Part shown: positions 10,877 through 21,358 of the stretch, in pieces | Layout: every line of letters starts with the position of its first letter | How positions within the stretch are numbered: the stretch's first letter is position 1 | Origin: an uncultured Bacteroidota bacterium | GTDB taxonomy: Bacteria > Bacteroidota > Ignavibacteria > UBA10030 > UBA6906 | Length of the DNA stretch: 64,000 nt | Reading direction: 5' to 3' | Assembly: GCA_963700635.1 (NCBI GenBank) | Contig: CAVOYH010000004.1 | Location: 64,001-128,000, forward strand | Position numbers and translations under genes: made by a program | The notes under the pieces: model-generated | Told to the model about the DNA's origin: nothing | The model's input: only the letters and a program-made list of their open reading frames with translations | Database searches by the model: none

Positions 10877-13873
10877 CTATTCCAGGTAACGGAGGATACT
10901 ACCCATGAGCATTTCACGCTGCGACGCGCTGACCACAGTTTCGAAGGGGAACCCAAGAACGACGATGTTGTAGTCTCCTTTAAAACCGATCCCCGCGCTA
11001 AACAGATTGTCAGCATACCGTAGCAGTGTCTTCCCGCCGCGTACCGGTCCAAGTGCCTCGGGTGATTCGACAGCGTAGATGCTGTCGTTCTCCGAGGCAC
11101 TAAACTGAAGGGTGGTGCGGGCAGGAAAAAACGCCGTGTCTCCCGCGATTACCTGCCCGGTCCGCGAAGCATGCCCGGTGATCCACGTGCACTTCAGCGT
11201 CTCACGGGCGAAGCGCAGACCTGAGCTATCACCGGGGGCTGTGGACCACAGATCGCTCCCGATGTGGCTCCCTGACACCAGCAATCTTCCCCCGCCCGAT
11301 GTGAACGCCCCCAGCTCCCGCCGCAGCTCCTCCGGAAATGCTACAAACCGGACTCCGAGCAAAGAGTCCAGCGCCGTCCGCACGCGTGGAGTTGTCTTCT
11401 CCTCTCCCAGGATAAGATCTACGGTGCTATACTGACGCAGAAGAACAGTGCTGTCCATCACCGATTCATCGCTGCATGAGACAAACGACCGCCCGGTTGA
11501 CCGGATCGCAACACCATGGATAGTGGGGAAATCAAATGTGTTACCCGCAACAAGCCGGGTTTCATCGTCGGCGAAGCTGGCGCCGAATCCCGGGCTGTCG
11601 TTGGACCGGAAAGGCGATGTTGGCAGAAAATCGTGCTGGATCCCGGTGAAGTTGAAGTCAATTCTGTCGGGAACGCCTGCATCCGCCAGATTTACAAACC
11701 CGGCATAGGCGGGTGATTCCACGATTGCCGGGGCGGCAATCCTGTCAAAACCATTCACGATGAGAACAGGATCAGAACTGCCCGGCATTCTGCAAACCGA
11801 AAGAATCTCCGAAGGCATACTCTGTCCGCCATCATTGACCGCGCTGATCCGGTAGCTGGTGATCACGCCGGGCGATACGGGCGCCAGGACGCACTCAGTG
11901 GATTCGACAAGGTGTCCGTTGTCAAATCCCCTGTTCTCAACACGGGTGTACACGATATACCGGTCAGGCGTTGCAGTAGGTTCCAGCGGATCGTGCGAAG
12001 GCTTCCACCGGAGTTTCACCTCGCCCGACGGCAGAAGTTCCGCGGCAAACCCCGACACCGGCAACGGCTGGACCACATAGCTCCGGTTGTTCGGGAGAGA
12101 GAGGAATCTGAGCATGGACTTGTACACCGCACGGGCCACGTCGAACCGGAATTGGGGATCCAGCATGAATCGCATGTCAAGGAAGTTCTGGTGTGACAGA
12201 AGTTCCAGAAGCACACCGGGGAAGTTCGGCCGGACCGATTCGCTGTAGTCCGCGTTACGCAGATCGCGCCGCCGCCACGCCGGATCGTGCAGCGCGCGAA
12301 TGTCTTCCACGATCTGTGTCTGCATCAGATCCGCGAGGTCGCGGTTTGCCAGACGCGAGACACCATCGGGGTACACCAGGGCAGAGTCATACCCCTCAAC
12401 GCTATAAATGAGAAGCGTGCCGATCGTTGTGTCGTTGCTGCTTGTCCCCGCGTCGGTGTGGAAGGCAAGTGATAGATCGATGGGGATTCCCAGCCCTTTT
12501 ACGTTCCTGTCTTTGTTCGGACCGGAGGGCGCTCCGACGAGGTAATTGCCATACTCCGCGCGACTCTGATAATCATCCCGGTAGTCATTATTGTTTCCAT
12601 TCAGGTTATACACGAGCGTATCCGGCATACCGGCGAACTGCAGATAGTACCGCGCCCCTTCTACAAAGCGCGGCCGTCCGCTGACTGCTCCCCCGCGTTC
12701 CACAATCCCCATTCCTCCCCCAAAACGCACGGCATCCGCGCTGATACGGAGGCCCGGGACAACACCCGCGTTTGTCAGGCGTACACTTCCGCTATCCGGC
12801 GAAACGCCTCTACGAAACGTAAACGTGCCGAGGTAGTGCCAGGTACCGCCTCCGATGCGTTGATTTACCCTGAACACCGTTCGGCCGCCTGTGTGGTGGA
12901 CCGTATAGAGTGCCTCCGTGGTGCTGGTGTCGGTGGCCGCATACGAGATCGAGACGGCGTAGGAACCCCCCTCGGGAATAGCGGGTGTCCACCGGATCTC
13001 GCTGTCTGCCCTTTGGGCAGTATGGGTCCACCGGCTCGATCCAAGGAGAAACGGGTTGACATTCGCAGGGTACGACGCCGCGATTCGGAAACCCGGAACG
13101 TCGGTTCTCCAGAAGTTTTCCTTGCTGTGGACGATCTCTGTATAGCCTGGGGATTCTGTATCATTATCCAGGATCACTTCGTGTCTCTGAATGTCGCGTT
13201 CCCGCGGGAGCAGGGCTCGCGCACCGGCATTCTCGAGCATGGGAACAAGATAGGGGAGCGTATACGCCAGCGGTCCCAGGTCCTCCACTGACTGAAAAAG
13301 CCGCGGACGCTGCCATTCCCACCGTCCTTCCCCGTGGCTGTAGTACCAGCCATGACTGTGCCAGAGAAGGATGTTCCTGTTCTGGAGCCCGCGTGAGGGA
13401 TATATCGGTTGGCTGGTATTGACTACCACCGGCTCCGGCGCGGGGATCCGGGCCTTTGGAAACCGCGCTGTGTCCATGGGCGTCGGCGCTGAACGATAGA
13501 AGTTTGGCACCAGTTCCTCAATGGGTGTGCGCAGTGAGCGGAGGTCAAACCGGTAACCCCGATAGGGCTCGCCGAAGAACGTGCGCACGCCGGACAGTAT
13601 CCGGTCCACCAGATCGGTGCGGAAAGGCTGAGCTGCAAATTCCTTGCTCAGCGTGATCGTGACCACACGTGTCGAATCGTCGACATGCAAGGAATCAAGT
13701 TTGCTCCCGGGAGGAACGGGAAAGGGAAGATCGCGGCGTACGATCGCTTCGGCGAAGGATTCCGTTCGCTCCAGCTGAAGTTGCCGGGTTGAGACACATC
13801 CCGCCAGCATGAGGGCAACAGGGAAAATGCCAGCCCAGCTCCATCGTTGCAGCCGTGAAGATAGATACGTCAT
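10877..13873 (-). CDS. Lipoprotein with Amidase_3-like, golvesin/CBM-like and FN3-like domains ('xanthan lyase'-annotated family)
   Basis: Lipobox LMLAGC; LWHSHG, WQRPRLFQSVED, LAFHTDA and LLELLSH Zn-amidase-like motifs; VNQRIGGGTWHYLGTF and ADAVRF golvesin-like motifs; FN3-like segment LRWKP...YRISAVNDGGQS. Confidence 0.8.
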   Translation of the reverse strand: MTYLSSRLQRWSWAGIFPVALMLAGCVSTRQLQLERTESFAEAIVRRDLPFPVPPGSKLDSLHVDDSTRVVTITLSKEFAAQPFRTDLVDRILSGVRTFFGEPYRGYRFDLRSLRTPIEELVPNFYRSAPTPMDTARFPKARIPAPEPVVVNTSQPIYPSRGLQNRNILLWHSHGWYYSHGEGRWEWQRPRLFQSVEDLGPLAYTLPYLVPMLENAGARALLPRERDIQRHEVILDNDTESPGYTEIVHSKENFWRTDVPGFRIAASYPANVNPFLLGSSRWTHTAQRADSEIRWTPAIPEGGSYAVSISYAATDTSTTEALYTVHHTGGRTVFRVNQRIGGGTWHYLGTFTFRRGVSPDSGSVRLTNAGVVPGLRISADAVRFGGGMGIVERGGAVSGRPRFVEGARYYLQFAGMPDTLVYNLNGNNNDYRDDYQSRAEYGNYLVGAPSGPNKDRNVKGLGIPIDLSLAFHTDAGTSSNDTTIGTLLIYSVEGYDSALVYPDGVSRLANRDLADLMQTQIVEDIRALHDPAWRRRDLRNADYSESVRPNFPGVLLELLSHQNFLDMRFMLDPQFRFDVARAVYKSMLRFLSLPNNRSYVVQPLPVSGFAAELLPSGEVKLRWKPSHDPLEPTATPDRYIVYTRVENRGFDNGHLVESTECVLAPVSPGVITSYRISAVNDGGQSMPSEILSVCRMPGSSDPVLIVNGFDRIAAPAIVESPAYAGFVNLADAGVPDRIDFNFTGIQHDFLPTSPFRSNDSPGFGASFADDETRLVAGNTFDFPTIHGVAIRSTGRSFVSCSDESVMDSTVLLRQYSTVDLILGEEKTTPRVRTALDSLLGVRFVAFPEELRRELGAFTSGGGRLLVSGSHIGSDLWSTAPGDSSGLRFARETLKCTWITGHASRTGQVIAGDTAFFPARTTLQFSASENDSIYAVESPEALGPVRGGKTLLRYADNLFSAGIGFKGDYNIVVLGFPFETVVSASQREMLMGSILRYLE

Positions 13874-13884
13874 GATTGCTCCTG

Positions 13885-16557
13885 CTAGAATTGAATCGTA
13901 CATCCGATGCTGGGAAGTATCGGAATCATAACCGTCTGGATAGCACGGTTTTCCAGGGTTAATCTGTCGAGATAGTACTCTTGCAGCGCGACATTCGTAT
14001 GATTGGTCACATTCATAATATCCAGATAGAGACTCCACCGCCATCCGAACCATTCCACGTATGTGGTTGCGCGAAGATCCAACCGAAAATAATCCGGAAG
14101 GCGGCCGCTGTTAAGATTGCGCAGGCCACCGCGGTCCGTGACAAACACAACGCCGCGCCAATCGGTGTCAAGGGTTGGTGTCACCGTTCCCGTAACGGAA
14201 TCGGTGGCCTGGTAAATGCGCGGCCCGAACCCGACGGGTGGCGTTGAGGGAAATCCGCTCCCGTAGGCTACGGTGACATTGAGATCCAGCCAGGATGCGC
14301 ACCGGTAACCCAGCACGATGTTCACGCTGTGCCGGCGATCAAAATCAAACGGATAGGTCCATCCCTGGCGTTCGCGGCTGGCCTTTCCGTATGCGTACCC
14401 GATCCAACCGTACAGGGGGGTGTCCTCGTTCCGGAATATCCTTTGAAGCACGATCTCACCGCCCGACGAGGTGCCGGTCCCGGTATTCCGCGGAAGTGTT
14501 GTGAGGGAATCCGCCTGCACCGCCGCCGGTGAAGTCCAGGCCTCCGGCTTTGTCAGGTCCGCGGCGCCTGTCCGCACGCTGCGGTAGGCTGTTCCCGTGA
14601 CAATGTCGGGGAACACCAGATTGCGGAATGACTTCTGATACACTTCAAGGCGCAGTTGCCAGTCCTCGGTCAGAAGGGTTTCCCACGACAGGGAAACATG
14701 TTGTGCCTCCTCCGGCCGGAGCCCGAGCGGTTTGTCGCCGGAGAGATCGAATGTGGTGCTGGAGATGTACGTTTCATAACCGGGGAGAAATGATTTTTCG
14801 TAGCCCGGAGACTGGTAGTACAGACCCCAGGCAAACCGGAGACTGTTCCCAGCGCCCCATGAATACGATGCTGCGAGGCGCGGGGCGATGGTCGATCGCC
14901 CGATGATGCTGAAATAGTCGAACCGGACGCCCGGCTCCAGCGTAATCGACTCTGTCAGCTGAAACGTATCGTGCACGAAGACTCCGAGTGAGAGCGACTG
15001 TTTTGAGGTGGAAAAATTGTCGGGGAGCATGGAAAAACGGAAGTTGGACTGCCTGATAGCAAAAATACGCGGATCAAACTGGACGCCGATGGCGACGTCG
15101 GTAAACAGGCGGTGTGCGATAATGCCTGCCTCCAGCGTGTGCAACGGCGAGGCTTTCCAGACCACGGATCCGGTAGCCGAAAATTTCCTGAAGAGGAAAT
15201 TGTAGGCGCCTGCGGAGCGGAGGAGATCGGGCACGCTTATCCCCTCGGCCCGGAGAGAATCCTGTAACCGCTCGAATTCTTCAGTAGAAAGATCGAGCCC
15301 GAAGGAGATCGCAGAGTTCTGGATGCCGGAGAAAGAGTTGGATCCACCGTTCTGGGTAAATGAAACGCCATACCGTCCGACAACCTCAGGCGTAAACGTC
15401 CATATCCACTGAATGCCCGCAACGTCATTAAACGTGAGATCATTCAGCGTAAGTTTCTTGATGGATCCTGCTGCAGGTGCTTCCGCGAGACTCGCACGAT
15501 CCCTGTTCGTGACGCCGGTAAAGATGATTTTATGCCGGTAGTCCGGCTGCAGGGACAGGCGGAACTGAAAATCCTGAAATGTGGGGAGGACAACATCACC
15601 TTTTGCCAGCCCGGCGGACTTAACAATCGGACCTGCTATCAGATCGTAGTATGTACGCCGTGTCGAGACTAACCAGGATCCGTTCCAGGGCGGGGCATCC
15701 TCGGTATAGTAGAGATCCGAACGGGCGGAATCCGCATCCTCCTGAGTTTCCAGGAGAAACGCGCCCTCAGCGACAAGATTCATGTTCGTGAGACTCAAAT
15801 TCGCCCGTGCGTTGAAAACGCCGTCACTCATGCTGCCGTCGCGATTTGTCACGTCCACAACTGCCGAAAGGCGGTCGGAGTAGCGTGCCGGAAACCCTCC
15901 TGTCATCAATGCAATTTGTTCGACCGTTTGAGGATTGAACATGGACACCACGCCGTACAGGCGATAGGGACTGATCACCTCTATGCCGTCCATGATGATA
16001 AGGTTTTGCTCAGGTCCCCCGCCCCGCACGATCAACTGGGTGGTGAAGTCATTGGGTGATGTCACGCCGGGGTAGGACTGGAGGGTCCGGAGCACGTCTT
16101 CGGCCGCGCCTGCCCTGAATTGCACCTCACGGGGCTGAAGTGAGGACACCGTGAATCCGGTCGAATGTTCTGTCGCGGTGTGGGGAGCCGCAGTGACGTC
16201 CACGCCCTGCATTTGATAGACGACGGGGACAAGTCGAAACAGATGGTCCTCTGAATCGTGAGCGGAGACCGTTACCGTGTCCTGTGCACGCCGGTACCCG
16301 ACGAGCGATATCTCGACGGTGTGGACGCCGGGCTCGTCGACGCGGAATCGGAATCGGCCGTACACATTGCTGAATGTGGAGGATTTGCCCTCATCGAGGG
16401 TGACATAGGCGCCAGCAATGCTCCGTCCCCCCGTGTCCACAACCCGCCCACGTAACACAAGCTGGGCGTCCACCTGTCCGAAACCCAGGCAGCAGAGTAC
16501 GGCTGCCAGCGCACAACGAGCCGGTATGCCACAAGCATCCATATCTGACAACCACAT
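13885..16557 (-). CDS. TonB-dependent receptor with N-terminal carboxypeptidase-regulatory-like domain
   Basis: LRGRVVD...YGRFRF N-domain; plug motif VRGGGPEQNLIIMDG and GGFPARY; C-terminal LPDYFRLD...IQF. Confidence 0.9.
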   Translation of the reverse strand: MWLSDMDACGIPARCALAAVLCCLGFGQVDAQLVLRGRVVDTGGRSIAGAYVTLDEGKSSTFSNVYGRFRFRVDEPGVHTVEISLVGYRRAQDTVTVSAHDSEDHLFRLVPVVYQMQGVDVTAAPHTATEHSTGFTVSSLQPREVQFRAGAAEDVLRTLQSYPGVTSPNDFTTQLIVRGGGPEQNLIIMDGIEVISPYRLYGVVSMFNPQTVEQIALMTGGFPARYSDRLSAVVDVTNRDGSMSDGVFNARANLSLTNMNLVAEGAFLLETQEDADSARSDLYYTEDAPPWNGSWLVSTRRTYYDLIAGPIVKSAGLAKGDVVLPTFQDFQFRLSLQPDYRHKIIFTGVTNRDRASLAEAPAAGSIKKLTLNDLTFNDVAGIQWIWTFTPEVVGRYGVSFTQNGGSNSFSGIQNSAISFGLDLSTEEFERLQDSLRAEGISVPDLLRSAGAYNFLFRKFSATGSVVWKASPLHTLEAGIIAHRLFTDVAIGVQFDPRIFAIRQSNFRFSMLPDNFSTSKQSLSLGVFVHDTFQLTESITLEPGVRFDYFSIIGRSTIAPRLAASYSWGAGNSLRFAWGLYYQSPGYEKSFLPGYETYISSTTFDLSGDKPLGLRPEEAQHVSLSWETLLTEDWQLRLEVYQKSFRNLVFPDIVTGTAYRSVRTGAADLTKPEAWTSPAAVQADSLTTLPRNTGTGTSSGGEIVLQRIFRNEDTPLYGWIGYAYGKASRERQGWTYPFDFDRRHSVNIVLGYRCASWLDLNVTVAYGSGFPSTPPVGFGPRIYQATDSVTGTVTPTLDTDWRGVVFVTDRGGLRNLNSGRLPDYFRLDLRATTYVEWFGWRWSLYLDIMNVTNHTNVALQEYYLDRLTLENRAIQTVMIPILPSIGCTIQF

Positions 16558-16560
16558 CGT

Positions 16561-17118
16561 CTAGAGGTAGACCTCCATCCCGATCGCGGGGCTGGCCAGA
16601 CCGAAATATGAAATCTTGCTCTTCCCTGACATTCCGATATCAAAGAACCGGACCTGGCCGATGAGTGAGAAGGTCTTGGACACATCATACGAAAGGCCAA
16701 AACTCCCCCAGAGGGATGAGTTGGATTCGCTTCTGCTTTCTCCCGCCGTGGTGTTCGTGCCCGGCAACTTTACGCTGTAGTTGATAAATGCAATGCTGAG
16801 TTTGAAGAAAGGACGGATATCCTTCATGCCGCCAAAGAGAATCTTACCATACGGTGCGATCTCAACGGCCGTGACGTTGTCAAAGGCCTTTGAATCTCCC
16901 GAGGAAGTCCCCGTGAGGAGCCCGAACTGGAGGCCTGCGTGGATGGACGGTGTCACGGCATAGAATCCTGAGGCGCCGTAGACTGGTACCGGCACAAGAC
17001 CGATACTGACGGCCTCCCCGACGGTAATACCGACACCGATCTTCGGCTGTGCGTAGGCCTGTGTGAGGATGCAGAGAGAAAGCGCTGTGATGGCGAGCAC
17101 TGCTGTAAGGTGTTTCAT
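16561..17118 (-). CDS. Small outer-membrane beta-barrel (OmpA-like/porin family)
   Basis: Signal peptide MKHL...AYAQ; about 185 aa of amphipathic beta strands; ends GMEVYL. Confidence 0.65.
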   Translation of the reverse strand: MKHLTAVLAITALSLCILTQAYAQPKIGVGITVGEAVSIGLVPVPVYGASGFYAVTPSIHAGLQFGLLTGTSSGDSKAFDNVTAVEIAPYGKILFGGMKDIRPFFKLSIAFINYSVKLPGTNTTAGESRSESNSSLWGSFGLSYDVSKTFSLIGQVRFFDIGMSGKSKISYFGLASPAIGMEVYL

Positions 17119-17234
17119 GGTTACTCCTTTCGGTTCAACAATGGGCCGCGAGATATCTCCTCCAAACGGAGAATCTGACACGCGGCGGAAATGAACAGGG
17201 TGGTCCAGCAGGATACAGGTGCAGAGTGTACGAC

Positions 17235-18215
17235 TCAGTCCGGGGATCCTGAATAAAAATTGCGGATCCATGACTGTTCGTGGAGTTCTTTCAGAGTCGC
17301 CCGGGAAAGTTCCTGTCCGTCGGACACCGCGCAGTTACTCTCCACATGCCGGACCGATCGCATGCCGGGAATTACCGTGGACACCGCGGGCGGATGGAGG
17401 CAGAACCGAAGGGCCAGCTCAGGCAGGGATGCCGCCTCGTTTCCCAGAAGATCTTTAAGTTTCTCCGTACGTTCGAACACCTGCCGCTTCCGTTCGCCCC
17501 GGAAGTATCTCTCTCTCCAGTCTCCTGCGGGAAATTTCGTTTCCGGCGTAATCCGTCCGGTAAGCCCTCCCTCATCCAGGGGGACCCGCACGATGGTACC
17601 GATGTCATGCCGGAGGCATGCGTGGAACAGATCGGTTTCGGGTGATTGATCAAATATGTTGTAGATGACCTGAACAACGTCGATCTTGCCGGACGCAATT
17701 GCGCGCAGGGCGTTTGCTGGTTGATGGTCATTTATTGAGATTCCGACAAAACGGATCTTTCCCTGAGTTTTTAGCTCGGTAATCGCCTCGTACCACTCTG
17801 CTTCATCGGTCCAGTCATCCTGCCAGACATGGAGTTGCTGGAGATCAATGGTGTCCAGACCCAGATTGCTGAGGCTCTGCTCGGTGGATTTGATGATATG
17901 CCCGTAGGGAAACGTTTCTGCGACTGAGCTTCCGGGACGGGCAGGCCAGAGCCCGTTCTTGGGAGGGATCTTTGACGCCACAAACAGTCGTTCCGAGCGT
18001 TCTTTGAGGAAATTGCCGAGGATTGTCTCGCTGTGGCCGTTCCCATAAGCAAGCGCAGTATCGAAGAAGTTTACACCGAGCTCCGCCGCCCGGTGGAGCG
18101 CTTTGGTGGATTCTTCGTCTTTCGCGCCGATCCACATCGTACCGCCGATCCCCCATGTGCCAAAACCGATTTCAGAGACCTCCAGATCGGTTCGCCCGAG
18201 TTTTCGTTTCTGCAT
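17235..18215 (-). CDS. Aldo/keto reductase
   Basis: LGRTDLEVSEIGFGTW, FFDTALAYGNGHSE, GKIRFVGIS and QVIYN motifs. Confidence 0.95.
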   Translation of the reverse strand: MQKRKLGRTDLEVSEIGFGTWGIGGTMWIGAKDEESTKALHRAAELGVNFFDTALAYGNGHSETILGNFLKERSERLFVASKIPPKNGLWPARPGSSVAETFPYGHIIKSTEQSLSNLGLDTIDLQQLHVWQDDWTDEAEWYEAITELKTQGKIRFVGISINDHQPANALRAIASGKIDVVQVIYNIFDQSPETDLFHACLRHDIGTIVRVPLDEGGLTGRITPETKFPAGDWRERYFRGERKRQVFERTEKLKDLLGNEAASLPELALRFCLHPPAVSTVIPGMRSVRHVESNCAVSDGQELSRATLKELHEQSWIRNFYSGSPD

Positions 18216-18353
18216 AGCGAGAGTTCCGTACCTTCATGTTCCACTGCAGGTAGTAGTATAGCAAGCAGGGCGTACAAACACAAGACTGCCGGAGCCGGGA
18301 TTTTCTGGCGAAGGGATGCTTGTGCATTGATCCGGCATTTGTTAGATTTGGCC

Positions 18354-19799
18354 ATGGAGCGTAGTCCAGCTGACGCCATACGAAATGCGGTCAAACCCCA
18401 GATCCATGTGACGCTGGAGCGAGACGGAGTTCCCGAACTTCGGTTGAAGTTCTTCGACCGTTTTACCATAGGGAACGACCCTTCCTGCGATGTTGTCCTG
18501 CCGGACACCGACGTCAGCGGCTTCCATGCCGAGGTGTGGTACGAAAAAGGGAAGTGGCACATCAAAGATCTCGGGAGCAGGGGCGGCACGTACGTTGACG
18601 GAAAACACATCACGGAAGCGGTTCTTGAAGGAGAAAGCAGAGTCCTTTTTGGCGACGGCGGACAGGTTCTTGCCTTTGATGTACGGATGTTGCCGCACCA
18701 GGTCGTTACCAAACAGCTCCGGCAGGCCTTTCGCGCGTCGGGATATGTTCCCGTCACCCTCTACCGTACGGTGTTGCAGCGTATGGTCCGGCGTATCCTC
18801 CGGCTTCAGTCCAAAAAGTATGTCCGGGCAATCGGCGCGCTGGCAGTGGTCGCAGTCATCGCGGCTGGATACGCGTACCTCAAACACGAACAGGTGCGTA
18901 AACAGGAAGCCCTTGCGCAGGATGTGTTCTACGAGATGAAGGAATTCGAGCTTACGCTTGCCAGGCTTGAAGATCGTATCCGTCAGCGCGGGGACACGCT
19001 TTCGGGAGGTGAAGTTGCGGCCTCTCGAGGCCGTCTCCGGCAGTTGAGCGAAAGCTACGATAAATTTGTCAGTGAGCTCGGGGTCTATCGCGAGGGCATG
19101 GACGCAACCGACAAGCTCATCTATCGTGTCTCCCGGGTGTTTGGCGAATGTGAGCTCTCCATGCCGGACGACTTTGCCGCAGAAGTCCGCAAGTATATCC
19201 GCGTCTGGAAACTTTCGAACCGATTACCCAAAGCCCTCGAGCGGGCGAATGCCGAGGGATATGGCGCTCGGATCACTGAGGCCCTCCTTGCGGAGCAACT
19301 CCCTCCACAATTTTTCTTCCTCGCGCTGCAGGAGAGCGAGTTTGACAGCACAGCGTGTGGTCCCGCGACGCGATGGGGTATCGCAAAGGGGATGTGGCAG
19401 TTTATTCCAAGCACCGCCCTGCAATATGGACTTCGAACCGGTCCGCTGGTCGCCCTGCCCCGGCTCGATCCCCGTGACGAACGGCACCAGGTTGATCTTG
19501 CCAGTGCAGCGGCAGCACGGTATTTGCGCGATATCTACAATGGTGAAGCACAAGCTTCAGGTTTGCTTGTCCTTGCTTCCTACAATTGGGGCCATAATGC
19601 AGTTCGCGGCCTTATACGGAATCTTCCGGAAAACCCGCGTGAAAGGAATTTCTGGAAGTTTCTCGCGACGTACCGGAAGCGAATTCCCAAAGAGACCTAC
19701 GACTACGTGTTTCTTATCTTCTCGGCAGCCGTTATAGCCGAAAATCCCTCATTATTTGGGTTTAATTTCCCAAAACCCCTCCGTGACGCAACGCACTGA
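18354..19799 (+). CDS. FHA-like domain, TM, coiled coil and MltD-like lytic transglycosylase (SLT)
   Basis: FHA-like IGNDPSCDVVL...SGFHA...DLGSRGGT; TM IGALAVVAVIAAGYAY; SLT motifs QESEF, AKGMWQF, ASYNWG. Confidence 0.85.
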   Translation: MERSPADAIRNAVKPQIHVTLERDGVPELRLKFFDRFTIGNDPSCDVVLPDTDVSGFHAEVWYEKGKWHIKDLGSRGGTYVDGKHITEAVLEGESRVLFGDGGQVLAFDVRMLPHQVVTKQLRQAFRASGYVPVTLYRTVLQRMVRRILRLQSKKYVRAIGALAVVAVIAAGYAYLKHEQVRKQEALAQDVFYEMKEFELTLARLEDRIRQRGDTLSGGEVAASRGRLRQLSESYDKFVSELGVYREGMDATDKLIYRVSRVFGECELSMPDDFAAEVRKYIRVWKLSNRLPKALERANAEGYGARITEALLAEQLPPQFFFLALQESEFDSTACGPATRWGIAKGMWQFIPSTALQYGLRTGPLVALPRLDPRDERHQVDLASAAAARYLRDIYNGEAQASGLLVLASYNWGHNAVRGLIRNLPENPRERNFWKFLATYRKRIPKETYDYVFLIFSAAVIAENPSLFGFNFPKPLRDATH

Positions 19800-19835
19800 T
19801 TCTGCAACAAAACTATCCCTATTTTATCCCATTGA

Positions 19836-21326
19836 ATGACTATGAATCCCGTTACTATACTGGCATATGATTTTGGCGCGAGCAGCGGCAGGGCTATTCG
19901 CGGAACTTTTGACGGGTCACGACTCACCATAACCACGTCCCATCAGTTCCCCAATGGTCCTGTCGAGCTTCACGGACACCTCTACTGGGACGTCTTGCGA
20001 TTTCTTCAAGAAATTCAGGATGGGATCCGCCGTAGCACACGGGAGTCAGGGATTCTCCCCGTCTCCATCGGAATAGACACGTGGGGGGTGGACTATGGCC
20101 TGCTCGACAGGCACGGCGATTTGATGGGGAATCCTTACCATTACCGTGACACACGAACCGACGGGATGTTTGAACAGGCATTTCAACGAATGTCCAGGAC
20201 CGAAATCTTTCAACGCACGGGGGTTGCGTTTCAGCCCTTTAACACGCTGTTTCAGCTCCTTGCGATGAGACTGAAGAAGCCGGATGCGCTGGACCGGGCC
20301 GGGACACTCTTAATGATGCCGGATCTTCTTGCATACGCTCTCACGGGCGTGCGGGGCACGGAGTACACCGGTGCAAGTACATCACAACTCCTGGATGTCA
20401 TGTCGCACCAATGGAGCACGGAAGTCCTTTCAGCGATGGATCTGCCGCGGTCTCTCTTCACGGACATCACCGAACCGGGGACAGTACGAGGAAAACTCCG
20501 GGATTCCTTCGCGGCCGCTGCGGGGATTCCCTCAATTCCGGTGCTTGCCGTGGCGGGACATGATACCGCTTCGGCTGTCGTCGCGGTTCCCATGCGCGGT
20601 ACGCGGTCTGCATATTTGAGCAGCGGCACCTGGTCTCTTCTTGGTATCGAGACGACAACCCCGCAGCTTGACAGCAGGGCAATGGAGGCGAATTTTACGA
20701 ATGAGGGAGGGTTTGGAGGTCAAATCCGCTTGCTGCGCAATGTCATGGGCCTCTGGATGGTACAGGAGTGTAAGCGGGAATGGGACGCAAAGGGTGACGC
20801 CGTTGAATTTGATGAACTGGTCCACAGGGCAGGCCAGAGCAAACCCTTCTCCTGTTTTGTGGACCCTGATGCGCAGCTCTTTTATGCTCCCGGACCTATG
20901 GAACATCGTATCAAAGAGTATTGCCGCAAAACCGGGCAACACGAACCTTCCTCACAGGGGGAGGTCGTCCGTTGTGTGTACGAGAGTCTGGCTCTGAAAT
21001 ACCGCTGGGTGATTGACCGTCTTGAGGAGATCACCGGAACATCCATCGAGGAGCTTGTGATCGTGGGCGGCGGAGCACGGAACGTTCTGCTGAACCAGCT
21101 TACAGCCAACGCGCTGGGGCGCAGGGTGACAGCAGGTCCTTCGGAAGCCACGGCCATCGGGAACCTGCTGGTGCAGCTCCACGCACTCGGCGAAATCGAG
21201 GGTTTAGAACAAATGCGAGATGTTGTACGTGGATCGTTTCCGACGACCCCCTACGAACCGGAAGCATCGGATGCCTGGGGATCGGCCTATCAACGATTCA
21301 CAAAACTCGTCACGAACGGGGGTTAG
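19836..21326 (+). CDS. rhaB: Rhamnulokinase (FGGY family)
   Basis: AYDFGASSGR, GIDTWGVDYGLLD, HDTASAV, SSGTWSLLG and FTNEGG motifs. Confidence 0.85.
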   Translation: MTMNPVTILAYDFGASSGRAIRGTFDGSRLTITTSHQFPNGPVELHGHLYWDVLRFLQEIQDGIRRSTRESGILPVSIGIDTWGVDYGLLDRHGDLMGNPYHYRDTRTDGMFEQAFQRMSRTEIFQRTGVAFQPFNTLFQLLAMRLKKPDALDRAGTLLMMPDLLAYALTGVRGTEYTGASTSQLLDVMSHQWSTEVLSAMDLPRSLFTDITEPGTVRGKLRDSFAAAAGIPSIPVLAVAGHDTASAVVAVPMRGTRSAYLSSGTWSLLGIETTTPQLDSRAMEANFTNEGGFGGQIRLLRNVMGLWMVQECKREWDAKGDAVEFDELVHRAGQSKPFSCFVDPDAQLFYAPGPMEHRIKEYCRKTGQHEPSSQGEVVRCVYESLALKYRWVIDRLEEITGTSIEELVIVGGGARNVLLNQLTANALGRRVTAGPSEATAIGNLLVQLHALGEIEGLEQMRDVVRGSFPTTPYEPEASDAWGSAYQRFTKLVTNGG

Positions 21327-21358
21327 CTCCACACAGATTTCCGAGGGATCAAAACACT

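Noticed and set aside
18033-18353. Long N-terminal extensions called for ORFs at 18033, 8408, 14053, 29211, 38690 and 39469
   Set aside because: They overlap neighbouring genes or promoters; downstream starts with an RBS, signal peptide or lipobox fit better.
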